From an uncultured Gemmatimonadales bacterium (GTDB taxonomy: Bacteria > Gemmatimonadota > Gemmatimonadetes > Longimicrobiales > Longimicrobiaceae): a stretch of 64,000 nt of DNA. The notes beneath the pieces are model-generated. The model saw only the letters and a program-made list of their open reading frames with translations. It did not search any database and was not told where the DNA came from. Numbering within the stretch: the first letter of the stretch is position 1; each line of letters starts with the position of its first letter. Shown here in pieces: positions 8,468 to 19,744 of the stretch. The DNA lies in NCBI GenBank assembly GCA_963716255.1, contig OY970303.1:5728001-5792000 (forward strand), in the 5' to 3' direction. Made by a program: the position numbers and the translations under genes.

Positions 8468-9229
8468 TCAGCCGGAGGGGCGGGCCTGCGCCGCGCCGCC
8501 GCCGAGGCGGGCGAGCAGCGCCAGCGCGTTCTCCGTGGCGGCGCCCGCGGCGGTGTTGTCGAAGATGCACCAGACCTGCCGCCCCGCGGCCGCGTGCTCC
8601 CGGAGGCGCGCGGCGAGGGCGTCCAGGTACGCGGCGTCGTACGCCGAGTAGTAGATGCGCGGCGAGCCGTGCAGCCGGTAGTACACCGGGTCCGGCGCGC
8701 CGCCCGGCTCCGCGGCCTCCGGCACCCGCGCCGGGTCGGCGGCGACGCGCGCGACCCCGTGGCCGGCCAGCAGCGCGTCCGCCTCCGGCGTGAACCAGCT
8801 CGCGTGCCGGGGCTCGCACGCCGCCGCGGCCGGCGTGCGCTCGCGGAGCGCGGCGAAGAAGCCGCCCGCGGCGGCGGCGTCGAAGTCCAGGCTGGGCGGG
8901 AGCTGCACCAGCAGGCAGCCCAGGCGGTCCCCCAGCGCCCCCGCTTCCGCGAGGAAGGCGTCGAGCGCGTCCCCGGCCCCGCGCAGCCGCAGGCCATGGG
9001 TGATCGCCTTGGGCACCTTGACGGCGAAGCGGAACGGCTCCGGGACGGCGGCGCCCCAGCGGGCGTACGTGGCGGGGCGGTGCGGGCGATGAAAGGAGGT
9101 GTTGATCTCCGCGGCGGGAAAGCGGGCGGCATAGCGCTCCAGGTGCGATCCCCCGGAGGGAAAGGCCGCCTGCCGGTCGCGCGGCAGGCTCCACCCGGCG
9201 CAGCCCACGAGGACCCCCCCGCCGCTCAA
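8468..9229 (-). CDS. DUF72 domain protein
   Basis: VGCAGW, EINTSFHR, FRFAVK, LVQLPPS, EPRHASW, YYRLHG, CIFDN; TTG start overlaps the upstream stop. Confidence 0.9.
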   Translation of the reverse strand: MSGGGVLVGCAGWSLPRDRQAAFPSGGSHLERYAARFPAAEINTSFHRPHRPATYARWGAAVPEPFRFAVKVPKAITHGLRLRGAGDALDAFLAEAGALGDRLGCLLVQLPPSLDFDAAAAGGFFAALRERTPAAAACEPRHASWFTPEADALLAGHGVARVAADPARVPEAAEPGGAPDPVYYRLHGSPRIYYSAYDAAYLDALAARLREHAAAGRQVWCIFDNTAAGAATENALALLARLGGGAAQARPSG

Positions 9230-9687
9230 GGGCGCGCGGCGGAGCCGTCCGCGGCGGCGCGGAAGCGCTCCGAGAACCGCGTCATGCGGGCGCGGTTCAC
9301 GCCCAGGTCGCTGCGCCCCACCCGCGACGCCGAGCGGAAGCGCACCACGCGCGCCCCGCCGTCCACCACCACCTCCACGTCGTCCACGAAGCGCATCAGC
9401 CGGCTGCGCGCCTCCGCGCGCAGGTAGCCCGGCGCCTCCGCGACGATGCGCGTGCGCGGCTCCGCCAGCAGCGCCGCGCGTGCGCGCGCCTGCGCCGCGG
9501 CGGGCGCGTCCGCGAAGGGGAGCGCCGGCATGGCGTGCCGGGCGTCGGCCGCCTCGGTGGAAACGCAGTTGGGAGAGGACGGGCAGGGGCGGAGCGCCTC
9601 GCCGGGGGCGGCGAGCCCGCGGGGAGCGGGATGGCACCCCCCGAGCAGGAGGACGGCGGCGAGCGCCGCGGGTGCGTTCCGGGTCAA
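9226..9687 (-). CDS. DUF1499 lipoprotein
   Basis: LRPCPSSPNCVS, FVDDVE, RSASRVGRSDLGVNRAR; LGGC lipobox. Confidence 0.9.
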   Translation of the reverse strand: MTRNAPAALAAVLLLGGCHPAPRGLAAPGEALRPCPSSPNCVSTEAADARHAMPALPFADAPAAAQARARAALLAEPRTRIVAEAPGYLRAEARSRLMRFVDDVEVVVDGGARVVRFRSASRVGRSDLGVNRARMTRFSERFRAAADGSAARP

Positions 9688-9724
9688 CGGAGCCTCCGGG
9701 TGGCGCGGTGAATGGGCCGGCGGG

Positions 9725-9988
9725 CTAGCGGGAGTACTCCTCGGGCTCGTCCCACGACTCGGCCCAGAACTCCTCCTCGGCGCGGGCGGCCTTTTGCGGG
9801 TCGAGCGGCTCGTCGTCGTCGTCCTCGTCGCCGCCGGTGGACAGCGTCCCATGCTCCAGGATGCGGCGCAGGGCGTCGTCGTCCACCCGGGGCGGGGCGC
9901 CGGGGCGGGTCGCGGAGCGGAGGCGCGCCAGGTAGCGCAGGCCGGCCGCCCCGGCGAGCAGGGCCAGGAAGATCCAGAGCCAGGTCAT
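9725..9988 (-). CDS. Small membrane-anchored acidic protein
   Basis: N-terminal TM segment and acidic tail (EEEFWAESWDEPEE). Confidence 0.7.
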   Translation of the reverse strand: MTWLWIFLALLAGAAGLRYLARLRSATRPGAPPRVDDDALRRILEHGTLSTGGDEDDDDEPLDPQKAARAEEEFWAESWDEPEEYSR

Positions 9989-10056
9989 GCGGCGGCGTGG
10001 TGTCGGGACCGGGGATCCGGCGGGGGCGGCGAGCGGCGGCCCCCGCCGCGGCTCGC

Positions 10057-10308
10057 TCAGCTGGAGGCGGCGTCGATCCGGGGGACGTTCTGCATCTCGC
10101 AGACCAGGGAAATGGCCTCCTCCAGGAGCGCGGGATCGAGCCGGGGATAGAAGCTCTTGGCGTGCTCCTCGATCTCGGTGCGCGACGATCCGGGACGCAC
10201 CGACGCGCGGATCGCCTGCACACGGGACTCGCGGAGCAGGCGCGCGGTCTTTTCCTCGCGGCGCTGGCGCGCCGCCGCCATCTCGCTGGCAAGATCAATG
10301 GTAGACAA
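10057..10308 (-). CDS. Small hypothetical protein
   Basis: Helical-looking ORF after a GGAGG; start codon uncertain (TTG 10308 or a later ATG). Confidence 0.45.
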   Translation of the reverse strand: MSTIDLASEMAAARQRREEKTARLLRESRVQAIRASVRPGSSRTEIEEHAKSFYPRLDPALLEEAISLVCEMQNVPRIDAASS

Positions 10309-10480
10309 AATGCGACCTCCGGGTATGAGAGAGTGCTTCCGCCGTATGTAAGATAACACCCCTGTCCACCGTCCACGACCGATCCGTCCCCGCGCTTCCA
10401 CGCCGCCGTCCTTGACACGGCCGGACCCGCGCCGCATGCTATACCCAGTCAGCTAGGGATAGACAGCTAGGGGTCAGCCG

Positions 10481-10813
10481 ATGCAGCGCAGGAACGACGT
10501 CCTCCAGGGCACCCTCGCCCTCCTCGTGCTCCGCACGCTTTCGGCGCAGGGGCCCATGCACGGGTACGCGATCACGGCCCACATCCAGCGCGTTTCCGCC
10601 GACCTCCTCCGGGTGGAGGAGGGCTCGCTGTATCCCGCCCTGCACCGCATGGAGCAGGACGGGTGGCTGCGCAGCGAGTGGGGGACCACCGAAAAGAACC
10701 GGCAGGCGCGATTCTATTCCATCACCCCGGCGGGCGAGAAGCAGCTCGCGCGGGAGCAGGAAAGCTGGGATCGCCTCACCACCGGCGTGGGCCGCGTGCT
10801 CGGCTACGCCTGA
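10481..10813 (+). CDS. padR: PadR family transcriptional regulator (type linked to duplicated permeases)
   Basis: LQGTL.LLVL...MHGYAI...VEEGSLYPALHRME..GW...W...RQARFYSIT..G motif. Confidence 0.95.
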   Translation: MQRRNDVLQGTLALLVLRTLSAQGPMHGYAITAHIQRVSADLLRVEEGSLYPALHRMEQDGWLRSEWGTTEKNRQARFYSITPAGEKQLAREQESWDRLTTGVGRVLGYA

Positions 10814-10843
10814 CGACCGCTCCCCCGACCCGGAACTCCCGCC

Positions 10844-13522
10844 ATGGCCTGGTACCACCGCCTCCTCAACACGGCGCGCCCCGAGCGCCTTTCCCGCGAC
10901 CTGGACCGCGAGCTGGAGTTCCACCTGGCCGAGCGCGCGGACGAGCTGATGGCTGGCGGGATGGGCGAGGCGGAGGCGCGGCGCCAGGCCAGGCTGCGCT
11001 TCGGCGGGGCCGGCGTGCAGAAGGAGCGCACGCGCGAGCGCGACGTCCTCCCCTGGCTGGAATCGCTCGCGGCGGACGTGCGGTACGCGCTGCGCTCGCT
11101 GCGCGCCAGCCCGGGGTTCACCCTGGTCGCGGTCCTTTCCCTGGGGCTGGGCATCGGGGCGAACACCGCCATCTTCAGCCTGGTGGACGCGGTGATGCTG
11201 CGGTCCCTTCCCGTGAGCCGGCCCGAGGAGCTGGTGCAGGTGACGATGGGCGCCGCGTCGGGAGACTTCACCAACCCGCTGTGGGAGGAGCTGCGCGACC
11301 GGCAGGACGTGTTCGCAGGGGCGTTCGCCACCGCGGACGAGCGGTTCGACCTGGCGGGCGGCGGCGAGGTGCGCCCGGTGGACGGCGCCTGGGTCAGCGG
11401 CGGCTTCTTCGGCGCGCTGGGCGTGGCCCCGGCCGCGGGCCGCCTCCTGGCAGCGACGGACGACTTCCGCGGCTGCCCCGCCGTGGCGGTGCTGGGCCAC
11501 GGCTTCTGGCAGGGCGCGTACGGCGGCGCCGCGGGCGCCGTGGGGCGGACCGTGTCGCTGAACGGGCACCCTTTCCAGATCGTGGGCGTGGCCGGCCGCG
11601 GCTTCACCGGGGTGGAGGTGGGGAGGGCCGCGCAGGTGTTCGCGCCGCTCTGCGCCAGGGCGGTGCTGGAGGGCGGGGACGGCGGGCTGGACCAGCGCAG
11701 CTTCTGGTTCCTGCGCGTCGTCGGGCGGCTGGAGGAGGGGGTGACGCCGGCCGCGGCGCGGGCGCGGCTGGCGGCGCTGGCGCCGGCGGTCTTCGCCGCG
11801 ACGCTGCCCCCCGACTGGGACGAGGCGGGGCAGCGCGAGTACCTGAAGAACACGCTGGACGTGGTGCCGGCGGCGACCGGGCACTCCGGGCTCCGATTCC
11901 GCTACCGCGACGCGCTGCTCGCGCTCACGGGGGTGGTGGGGCTGGTGCTGCTCATCGCCTGCGCCAACGTGGCCGGCCTGCTGCTGGCGCGCGCGGCCGC
12001 CCGCCGGCGCGAGGTGGCCATCCGCCTGGCGATCGGCGCGGGGCGGGGCCGGCTCGTCCGCCAGCTGCTCACGGAAAGCCTGCTGGTGGCGCTGCTGGGC
12101 GGGGTGGTGGGCCTCGTGTTCGCGAGCTGGGCGGGCGGGATTCTGGTGCGCCTGCTTTCCACGCGGAGCAACGCCGTGCGCCTGGACCTGTCCGTGGACG
12201 CCCGCCTGCTCGCCTTCACCCTGGCCGTGTCGACGGCGACCGCCGTGCTCTTCGGGCTGGCGCCGGCGTGGCGCGCCACGCGCGTGGACCCGCACGCGGC
12301 GATGCAGGCCACGGGGCGCAGCGTGGCGGAGGGGCACTCGCGCCCGACGCTGGGGAGGGCGCTGGTGGTGGGGCAGATCGCCCTGTCGCTGGTGCTCGTG
12401 CTGGGCGCCGGCCTGATGCTGGGGACCTTCCGCGGGCTCGCCACGCTGGATCCCGGCTTCAGCAGCGAGGGGGTGCTGCTGGCCTCCGTGGACCTGCGGA
12501 ACGCGGGATTCTCCGAGGAGCGGCTGCCCGGGGTGAAGCGGGAGATCCTGGGCGCGGTGCGCGCCGTGCCGGGCGTGCGGTCGGCGAGCGCGTCGGCGCT
12601 GACGCCGGTCAGCGGGGCGGCGTGGAACGGGAGGGTGGAGGTGGACGGCTACGTGCCCACGGGGCCGCACGACGCGCTCGTCTTCTTCAACGCGGTGAGC
12701 GACGGCTTCTTCGCCACGCTGGGGACGCCGCTCCTCGCGGGGCGCGACTTCGGCCGCGGCGAGGCTGCGGGGTCGGAGCCGGTGGCGGTGATCAACCAGG
12801 CCATGGCGCGGAAGTTCTTCGGCGGCGCGAGCCCGCTCGGCCGGCGCATCGGGCTCCGGGACGGTCCGGATCCGGGGCGCTCGGTGCGGGTGGTGGGGGT
12901 GGTGGGGAACACCAAGTACCGCACGCTCCGCGAGGAGTCGGAGCCGCTGGTCTACCTTCCCCTGGAGCAGGACGCGGGCCTGGGACCCTCCCTCAGCCTG
13001 GAGCTCCGGGGGCACGGTCCGCCGGCGGCGCTGGTCCCGGCGGTGACCGCGGCGGTGGGCGGCATCGACCGCGGCATCTCGCTGCGCTACGCCACGCTCC
13101 GGGAGCAGGTGGACGCTTCGCTGACGCAGGAGCGCCTGCTGGCGACGCTCTCGGGCTTCTTCGGCGCCCTGGCGCTCCTCCTCGCGGCGGTGGGCCTGTA
13201 CGGGACCATGGCCTACAGCGTGGCGCGGCGGCGGGGCGAGATCGGCATCCGCATCGCGCTGGGCGCCGCGCGCTCCCGGGTGGTGCGGCTGGTGCTGGGC
13301 GAGGTGGGGAGGATGGTGCTGGCGGGGGTGGCGCTGGGGGCGCTGGCGGCGGCGGTGATGGTGCGCCGGGTGGCGCCCTTCCTCTTCGGCCTGGCCCCCT
13401 CGGACCCGGCCACCTGGGCACTCTCCGCGCTCACGCTCGCCGTGGCCGCGGCGGCGGCGGGCGCGCTCCCCGCCTGGCGCGCCGCGCGCGTGGATCCCAT
13501 GGACTCGCTGCGGGAGGAATGA
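10844..13522 (+). CDS. ABC transporter permease, duplicated MacB/FtsX (ADOP) family
   Basis: [27 protein letters not shown]...[28 protein letters not shown]. Confidence 0.95.
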   Translation: MAWYHRLLNTARPERLSRDLDRELEFHLAERADELMAGGMGEAEARRQARLRFGGAGVQKERTRERDVLPWLESLAADVRYALRSLRASPGFTLVAVLSLGLGIGANTAIFSLVDAVMLRSLPVSRPEELVQVTMGAASGDFTNPLWEELRDRQDVFAGAFATADERFDLAGGGEVRPVDGAWVSGGFFGALGVAPAAGRLLAATDDFRGCPAVAVLGHGFWQGAYGGAAGAVGRTVSLNGHPFQIVGVAGRGFTGVEVGRAAQVFAPLCARAVLEGGDGGLDQRSFWFLRVVGRLEEGVTPAAARARLAALAPAVFAATLPPDWDEAGQREYLKNTLDVVPAATGHSGLRFRYRDALLALTGVVGLVLLIACANVAGLLLARAAARRREVAIRLAIGAGRGRLVRQLLTESLLVALLGGVVGLVFASWAGGILVRLLSTRSNAVRLDLSVDARLLAFTLAVSTATAVLFGLAPAWRATRVDPHAAMQATGRSVAEGHSRPTLGRALVVGQIALSLVLVLGAGLMLGTFRGLATLDPGFSSEGVLLASVDLRNAGFSEERLPGVKREILGAVRAVPGVRSASASALTPVSGAAWNGRVEVDGYVPTGPHDALVFFNAVSDGFFATLGTPLLAGRDFGRGEAAGSEPVAVINQAMARKFFGGASPLGRRIGLRDGPDPGRSVRVVGVVGNTKYRTLREESEPLVYLPLEQDAGLGPSLSLELRGHGPPAALVPAVTAAVGGIDRGISLRYATLREQVDASLTQERLLATLSGFFGALALLLAAVGLYGTMAYSVARRRGEIGIRIALGAARSRVVRLVLGEVGRMVLAGVALGALAAAVMVRRVAPFLFGLAPSDPATWALSALTLAVAAAAAGALPAWRAARVDPMDSLREE

Positions 13523-13697
13523 TATAGATCATCGTGCGGAGCGGGGGCACGGCGGCGCGCTCCGGCAGGCTCCGGTATTCGGGGTCGGCCGGGGGAGTCT
13601 GCTCCGTCGGTGCGAAACCCGAAGGGACTCGCCAGAGCATTCGCCCACGCTCCGCGCGAGCCGGGTGGGGGGCCCCCGCGGACGCCAGCGCGGGCCC

Positions 13698-13837
13698 CGC
13701 GTGAGGGATTTCGGCCCGAAGGGGCGAGACCCGGCGGGGCAGTTTCCGCCGGGTCTCGACTCCGTTGCAAACGGTAGTATCGTTTGCTACGGAGCCGAAG
13801 CCCGACCCCGGCGCCAGCCGGGGGCACGCCCGAACCC
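13698..13837 (+). repeat. Family-1 element, copy D (preceded by a family-2 tail at 13657-13690)
   Basis: Consensus match; variable stem GCAAACG/CGTTTGC. Confidence 0.95.
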
Positions 13838-13869
13838 CGCCCTTCATCCCGTCCCGAACCTTGACCGGA

Positions 13870-14589
13870 ATGAATCCTTTCATCGAAAACCAGGTGGGAC
13901 GGGTGGCCGCGCTCTGGCGCTACCCGGTGAAGTCGATGGCCGCGGAGCCGCTAACAGAGGCGGAAGTGTCGTGGAACGGCCTGGCGGGAGACCGCCGCTG
14001 GGCCTTCGTCCGCGACGGCATGGTGCGCAGCGGCTTTCCCTGGCTGACGATCCGCGAGCGGCCGGAGATGGGCCTGTACCGCCCGCGCTTCGCGGAGCCG
14101 GGTCGGCCCGACGGGTCGGCGGTCCTGGTGCGCACGCCGGCGGGGCGCGAGCTGGACGTGGTGGACCCGGAGCTCGCCGCCGAGCTGGGGGGCGGGGTGC
14201 GCGTCCTCAAGCAGGACCGCGGGGTGTTCGACACCATGCCGCTGTCGCTCCTAACCACGCGCACCGTCGACGGCCTGGGCGAGCGGGTGGGGGCCGGGCT
14301 GGACACGCGCCGCTTCCGGCCCAACCTGCTGGTGGAGGCCGCGGACGGCGGCCCGTTTCCCGAGGACGCCTGGGTGGGCGCGGTGCTGAGGGTGGGCGGG
14401 CTGCGCATGCGCGTGGACAAGCGGGACCAGCGCTGCGTCATGGTGAACGTGGACCCGGACACGGCGTGGAGCGACCCGGCGGTCCTGCGCGCCATCGCCC
14501 GGGAGCGGCAGGGCTGCCTGGGCGTGTACGGCTCCACCGTGCAGCCGGGCCGCGTGGCCGTGGGCGACCCGGTGGTGGTGGAGGGCTGA
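13870..14589 (+). CDS. MOSC domain protein
   Basis: LWRYPVKSM, GDRRWA, RRFRPNLLV, RCVM, GVYG...G.VAVGD. Confidence 0.93.
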   Translation: MNPFIENQVGRVAALWRYPVKSMAAEPLTEAEVSWNGLAGDRRWAFVRDGMVRSGFPWLTIRERPEMGLYRPRFAEPGRPDGSAVLVRTPAGRELDVVDPELAAELGGGVRVLKQDRGVFDTMPLSLLTTRTVDGLGERVGAGLDTRRFRPNLLVEAADGGPFPEDAWVGAVLRVGGLRMRVDKRDQRCVMVNVDPDTAWSDPAVLRAIARERQGCLGVYGSTVQPGRVAVGDPVVVEG

Positions 14590-14602
14590 GGCCCGCGGGC
14601 CG

Positions 14603-15928
14603 TCAGCGCGCCGCCGTCACGCGCCACACGGTGTTGCCCACGTCGTCCGCCACCAGCAGCGCGCCCCGGGCGTCCACCGCGACGCCCACCGGCCGCCCCA
14701 GCGCTTCGCCACGCTCGCCCAGGAAGCCGGTGAGCACGTCCACGGGCGGGCCGGACGGCCTGCCGCCCCGGAACGGCACGAAGACCACCCGGTAGCCGCT
14801 GGGCGGCCGGCGGTTCCAGGAGCCGTGCTGCCCCACGAACATCCCGCCGCGGAAGGGCGCGGGGAGGGCGGAGCCCCGCGCCGAGGCCAGCCCCAGCGAC
14901 GCGGTATGCGGCCCCAGCGCGTAGTCCGGCACCAGCGCCGCGGCCACCAGGTCTGGCCGCTGCGGCCTGACGCGCGCGTCCACGTGCTGGCCGTAGTAGC
15001 TGTACGGCCACCCGTAGAAGCCGCCGTCGCGCACGGAGGTCATGTAGTCGGGCACCAGGTCGCTGCCCAGCTCGTCGCGCTCGTTCACCGACACCCACAG
15101 CGCCCCGGTCTCCGGCTCCCACGCCATCCCCACGGGATTGCGCAGCCCCGAGGCGAAGACGCGGTGGCTCCCCGTCTTGGGGTCCACCTCCCAGACCGCG
15201 GCGCGCCCCTCCTCGTTGGCCATCCCCCGCTCCCCCACGTTGCTGTTGGAGCCCACGCTCACGTACAGCCTGGACCCGTCCGGCGAGGCGACGACGTTCT
15301 TGGTCCAGTGGTGGTTGATGCGGCCCCCGGGAAGGCCGGCGACGCGCGCGGCGGGCGCCGTGATCCGCGTCTGCCCCGCCTGGTAGGGGAAGCGGACCAG
15401 GGCGTCGCTGTTCGCCACGTACAGGTCGCCGCCCACCAGCGCCATCCCGAAGGGGGAGCTCAGCCCCTGGAGGAAGACCGTGCGCGTTTCCGCCACGCCG
15501 TCGCCGTCGGCGTCGCGGAGCAGGGAGATGCGGTCGGCGCTGGGGACCGCGGCGCCGGCCTTCTTCATGAACCGCCTCATGAACCACCCCTTGATCCCCC
15601 GGCCGTCGTCGGGCCTGGGCGGGGCGTTGGTCTCGGCCACCAGCACGTCGCCGTTGGGGAGCACGTGCAGCCAGCGCGGGTGGTCCAGCCCCGTGGCGAA
15701 GGCGCCCACCGCGGTCCCCGGCGCCGCCACGGGCGTCCTTCCGGTCGGCCACCCTCGCGCCGGGGCGACCTTCACCACCGGGATCAGCGAGGTGCGCGGC
15801 GGCGGGAGGGTGGGCTGCGGTCCGGTCCCCGCGGACACGGGGAGCCGCGCGGAGCCGCCGCACGCGGCGAGGAGCACCGCGGCGCCCGGGAGGAGCGCAC
15901 GGCGCAGTGTGGAGTGGGAGGGGATCAT
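14603..15928 (-). CDS. Sorbosone dehydrogenase-family (PQQ-type beta-propeller) lipoprotein
   Basis: LAAC lipobox; GLDHPRW, NHHWTK, GSNSN, GLRNP, NERD.LG, HGSWNR, GRPVGV. Confidence 0.93.
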   Translation of the reverse strand: MIPSHSTLRRALLPGAAVLLAACGGSARLPVSAGTGPQPTLPPPRTSLIPVVKVAPARGWPTGRTPVAAPGTAVGAFATGLDHPRWLHVLPNGDVLVAETNAPPRPDDGRGIKGWFMRRFMKKAGAAVPSADRISLLRDADGDGVAETRTVFLQGLSSPFGMALVGGDLYVANSDALVRFPYQAGQTRITAPAARVAGLPGGRINHHWTKNVVASPDGSRLYVSVGSNSNVGERGMANEEGRAAVWEVDPKTGSHRVFASGLRNPVGMAWEPETGALWVSVNERDELGSDLVPDYMTSVRDGGFYGWPYSYYGQHVDARVRPQRPDLVAAALVPDYALGPHTASLGLASARGSALPAPFRGGMFVGQHGSWNRRPPSGYRVVFVPFRGGRPSGPPVDVLTGFLGERGEALGRPVGVAVDARGALLVADDVGNTVWRVTAAR

Positions 15929-16021
15929 CGGCCGCTCCGGGAATCGGGTGACCTCGCGCGCCGTCGGCGCCGGCAAGCGGCGGCGCTGCAAGACACTCGC
16001 CGCGGACGCCAGCGCCCCCCT

Positions 16022-16157
16022 CGCGTGAGGGATTACGGCCCGAAGGGGCGAGACCCGGCGGCAGTTTGCCGGGGCTCGACTCCGTTACGCAGCGTTGTTT
16101 GCTGCGTTACGGAGCCGAAGCCCGACCCCGGCGCCAGCCGGGGGCACGCCCGAACCC
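16022..16157 (+). repeat. Family-1 element, copy E
   Basis: Consensus match; variable stem ACGCAGC/GCTGCGT. Confidence 0.95.
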
Positions 16158-16171
16158 GCTGTCAAAAGCCG

Positions 16172-17752
16172 TTACCAGTCCGTGGGCCGGTAGTCCTTGA
16201 GAAACGCCCCCCACACGTGCCGCCCGGTGTTGACGCCGGAGATGATGGGATCCACGATGCGCGCCGCGCCGTCCACGATGTCCAGCGGGGGATGGAAGCG
16301 GTGCTCCTCGCGCTTGCGGGCCGCGATCTCCGCGGGGTCCTCGTCGGTCACCCAGCCGGTGTCCACGCTGTTCATGTGGATGCCGTCGGCGTGGTAGTCG
16401 GCCGCGGAGGTGCGCGTCATCATGTTGAGCGCGGCCTTTGCCATGTTGGTGTGCGGGTGCCGCGTGGTCTTGAACCGGCGGTAGAACTGCCCCTCCACGG
16501 CGGACACGTTGACGATGTGCTTGTCGCGCTCCGGGGTGCGCGTCATCAGCGGCTTGAGGCGCGCGCCCAGGATGAAGGGCGCCACGGCGTTCACCAGGTG
16601 CACCTCCAGCAGCTCCACCGAGGGCACCTCGGCCATCTGCATCCGCCACGAGTTGCGCTCGCGCAGGTCCACCTGCTGGAGGTCCTGGTCGAGCCGTCCC
16701 ACGGGGAAGAGCGCCTGCTGAGCCTCCATCTCCTCGGGGAGCAGCGGCACCTGCGACAGCTCCGCCGCGCGCACCAGCCCGGCCACGCCGTCGCCGGCGC
16801 CGAACCGAGCCGGAAGCGCCTCCGCCGCGCCGCCCTCGGGCAGGAGGCTGTAGCCGCGCAGCCCCTCGTACGCCCCCACCAGCCGGCGCACGTGCTCCGG
16901 CATGCCGTGCAGCGCCGCGGTCTCGTCCTCCATCATGTGCCGGTAGAACTCCGGCGGGCGCCGCACCGTCTGGCAGGCGTTGTTGACGATGAAGTCCAGC
17001 CGGTCGCGCGTGGCCAGCATCTCCCGGCAGAACGCCTCCACGCTGGGCGTGTGGCGCAGGTCCAGCCCGAAGATCTCCAGGCGGTGTCCCCACTCGGCGA
17101 AGTCGGGCTCGCGCGCGTAGCGGGCCGCCGAGTCGCGCGGAAAGCGCGTGGTGACGATGAGGTGGGCCCCGGCCCTCAGCAGCTTGATCCCGGCCTGGTA
17201 GCCGATCTTGACGCGCCCGCCGGTGAGCAGCGCCACCCGCCCGCTCAGGTCGGCCAGCTCGCCGCGCTTTGCGAAGTTGAACTCGGCGCACTCCGGGCAG
17301 AGCTGGTCGTAGAAGTGGTGCAGCGCGGTGTAGTCGCGCTTGCACACGTAGCAGTTCTGCGTTTCCACCGCCTCGCGGAACTCCGGGTCGTCCGCCACCT
17401 CGCGCTGCTCGAAGCCGGCCGGCGCGAAGAGCCGGGGCGTGGCGAAGACGGGCTCCTCCCGCAGCCTGCGGATCCCCGTTTCCTGGAGCACGCTCTCGGC
17501 GCGCTGCACGCGGGCGGCCTTGTGGTCGCGCTTGGTGGCCTTGCGCAGCCTGCGGCGGTCCACGGCGTCGGGCCGCGACACCCGCCCGGCGGCCTGGAGC
17601 AGCCGCATGCGGTCGTCCTCGGGCACGCCGGCCAGGAGCCCGCGGTCGTCGGTAATGGATTCCAGCAGCTCGGCGGCGGCCCGGACGCGCTCGGCGAGGG
17701 TGCCGCCCGCGGCGTCGCGGGGGGGTGGAGCGGGGGTGAGTTCGGTCTGCAT
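16172..17752 (-). CDS. SDR oxidoreductase with N-terminal CxxC...CxxC motif
   Basis: CYVCK...CPEC, ALLTGGRVKIG, NNACQT, HTNMAKAALNM. Confidence 0.92.
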   Translation of the reverse strand: MQTELTPAPPPRDAAGGTLAERVRAAAELLESITDDRGLLAGVPEDDRMRLLQAAGRVSRPDAVDRRRLRKATKRDHKAARVQRAESVLQETGIRRLREEPVFATPRLFAPAGFEQREVADDPEFREAVETQNCYVCKRDYTALHHFYDQLCPECAEFNFAKRGELADLSGRVALLTGGRVKIGYQAGIKLLRAGAHLIVTTRFPRDSAARYAREPDFAEWGHRLEIFGLDLRHTPSVEAFCREMLATRDRLDFIVNNACQTVRRPPEFYRHMMEDETAALHGMPEHVRRLVGAYEGLRGYSLLPEGGAAEALPARFGAGDGVAGLVRAAELSQVPLLPEEMEAQQALFPVGRLDQDLQQVDLRERNSWRMQMAEVPSVELLEVHLVNAVAPFILGARLKPLMTRTPERDKHIVNVSAVEGQFYRRFKTTRHPHTNMAKAALNMMTRTSAADYHADGIHMNSVDTGWVTDEDPAEIAARKREEHRFHPPLDIVDGAARIVDPIISGVNTGRHVWGAFLKDYRPTDW

Positions 17753-17896
17753 GTGCTGCTGTGAACGGGTGTTCCAGGGATCGGAGACGGGAAATATAAC
17801 ACCGCGCCGCCGCCGGGCGGGGCGGCGGGGCGGGGACGTGGCATGCATCTGGCCCCTGGGGCACCCCTTTCCGGGAACGACTGCGAAGGGGAGCGG

Positions 17897-18787
17897 ATGC
17901 GAGGCACGACACGCTGGATGGCCGCGGGGGTGGCGGGACTCCTCGCCGCGGCGGGGTGCGGGAACGGGGGCGGCGGCCCCGATGCCGCGCCGGGGAAGCG
18001 CGCCGCGGCGGTGGCGCGGGCGCAGGCGAAGCCCGCCCCGCCGCCCGCGCTCCCGGCGACCGCCGCCGACTCGGCGGAGGTGCGGGCCCGCGCCGCCGCC
18101 CGGCGCGACTCGGTGGCGGCGGCCTTCGCGCGGGCGACGCCGCTGGGGGCGAGGGAGGTGGCGGAGCTGCGCCGGGACGTCAACGCCACGCAGATCGCCA
18201 CCGCGCGGGCGATGGGGGTGCGCGCCTCCGGCGAGGCGGAGATCGAGCGGCTGCGGCGCGAGGGGCGGCTGGTGGCGCTGGGGGACAGCACGGAGCACTG
18301 GGTGCTGCGCGGGATGGACCACTCGGTGCCCTACGTGACGCCGGACGCGCGCGCCATGCTGGTGGAGCTGGGCCGCCGCTTCCACGCGCGGCTGGACAGC
18401 CTGAGGCTGCCGCGCTACCGCATGAAGGTCACCTCCGCCATCCGCACCGACCAGACGCAGGCCGACCTGCGCCGCACCAACAGCTACGCGTCGCGCACGG
18501 TGAGCGCGCACGAGTTCGGCACCACGGTGGACGTGTCGCACGAGCGCTTCGCCGTTCCCGCGGACGCACGGCGCGCGGCGGCGGCGGGGACGCGGGCGGC
18601 GCTGGAGGGGGAGGTGGAGGAGGAGATGCTTGAGGAGGTGGGGAAGGAGAACGCGAAGGCGCTCCAGGCGGCGCTGGGGCGGGCGGTCGCCGACATGCGG
18701 GGGACCGGCGCGCTCCACGTGATGATGGAGAACCAGCAGCCGGTCTACCACATGACCGTGCGTCGGCGCTTCGCCGCGGGCAGCTGA
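17897..18787 (+). CDS. DUF5715-family lipoprotein (M15-like metallopeptidase motif)
   Basis: AAGC lipobox; VTSAIRT...Q..LR..N...SAHEFGTTVD...E..Q..YH.TV. Confidence 0.8.
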   Translation: MRGTTRWMAAGVAGLLAAAGCGNGGGGPDAAPGKRAAAVARAQAKPAPPPALPATAADSAEVRARAAARRDSVAAAFARATPLGAREVAELRRDVNATQIATARAMGVRASGEAEIERLRREGRLVALGDSTEHWVLRGMDHSVPYVTPDARAMLVELGRRFHARLDSLRLPRYRMKVTSAIRTDQTQADLRRTNSYASRTVSAHEFGTTVDVSHERFAVPADARRAAAAGTRAALEGEVEEEMLEEVGKENAKALQAALGRAVADMRGTGALHVMMENQQPVYHMTVRRRFAAGS

Positions 18788-18813
18788 TCCGGTCGTATCG
18801 GGGTGAAAGAACA

Positions 18814-18953
18814 GGATTCGGGCGTGCCCCCGGCTGGCGCCGGGGTCGGGCTTCGGCTCCGTAACGCACGATAAAACTGTGCGTAACGGAGTCGAGCCCC
18901 GGCGGAAACAGCCCCGCCGGGTCTCGCCCCTTCGGGCCGAAATCCCTCACGCG
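18814..18953 (-). repeat. Family-1 element, copy F (adjacent family-2 repeat at 18961-19030)
   Basis: Reverse complement of the consensus. Confidence 0.95.
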
Positions 18954-19098
18954 GGGTGGGCGCTGGCGTCCGCGGCAGGCCCCCTCACCCCCCGGTTCCC
19001 TCTCCCCCGCAAGCGGGGGAAAGGGGGAGAACCGCACGGCATCCTTGCCTCCTGCGCCTTGCTGGCGCCGCGAGGAGGCCGATCTACACGCGCCCGGG

Positions 19099-19662
19099 TC
19101 AGGCCGGGGGCGCCGCGGGCCCGGCGAGCGGAGCCGGCAGCCCGTCGATGCTGCGCGAGTTTTTTTCCGCCCGGTAGGCGGGGAGCGCGTCGCCCTTCGC
19201 CTCCGCCCAGCGCAGCAGCGTGTCCCGCTGCCCCGCCGGCTCCATGCGCGGCACCGCGAAGCCGCACGAGGTCTGCACGCGCGTGACGCGGGCCGCGATC
19301 ACCTGCCGGACGCCCGGGTACTCCGGGAAGAGCCCCCGCAGCGCGTCCCACCCGTCCGCGTCCGGCAGGACCACGCGGCCGCGGCCGTAGAGCCGCAGGA
19401 TCCTCGGCGCCCCGGTGAACGCGCAGAACATGAAGGTGATGCGCCCGTTCTCCGCCAGGTGGGCGGACGTCTCGTTGCCGCTCCCCGTCAGGTCCAGGTA
19501 GGCGACCTCGTGGGGACCCAGGACGCGCAGGCAGTCCAGCCCCTTGGGCGACAGGTTCACGTGCCCGTCCTGCGCGAGCGGCGCCGAGGCGACGAAGAAC
19601 AGCGGCTGCTCCTCGATGAACTCGCGCAGCTCGGGGGTGATGCAGTCTACGACCTTGCCCAT
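19099..19662 (-). CDS. Pyridoxamine 5'-phosphate oxidase-family FMN-binding protein
   Basis: FFVASAP...VNLSPKG, YLDLTGSGNET.AH, QTSCGFAVP. Confidence 0.92.
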   Translation of the reverse strand: MGKVVDCITPELREFIEEQPLFFVASAPLAQDGHVNLSPKGLDCLRVLGPHEVAYLDLTGSGNETSAHLAENGRITFMFCAFTGAPRILRLYGRGRVVLPDADGWDALRGLFPEYPGVRQVIAARVTRVQTSCGFAVPRMEPAGQRDTLLRWAEAKGDALPAYRAEKNSRSIDGLPAPLAGPAAPPA

Positions 19663-19744
19663 GCAGGATCGAAAGCGGCTGAGGTGGCGTCGGACCCGTT
19701 CACCGGGAAGGGCCGGGGCGAACGGTACGGCGACGGGGGAGCGA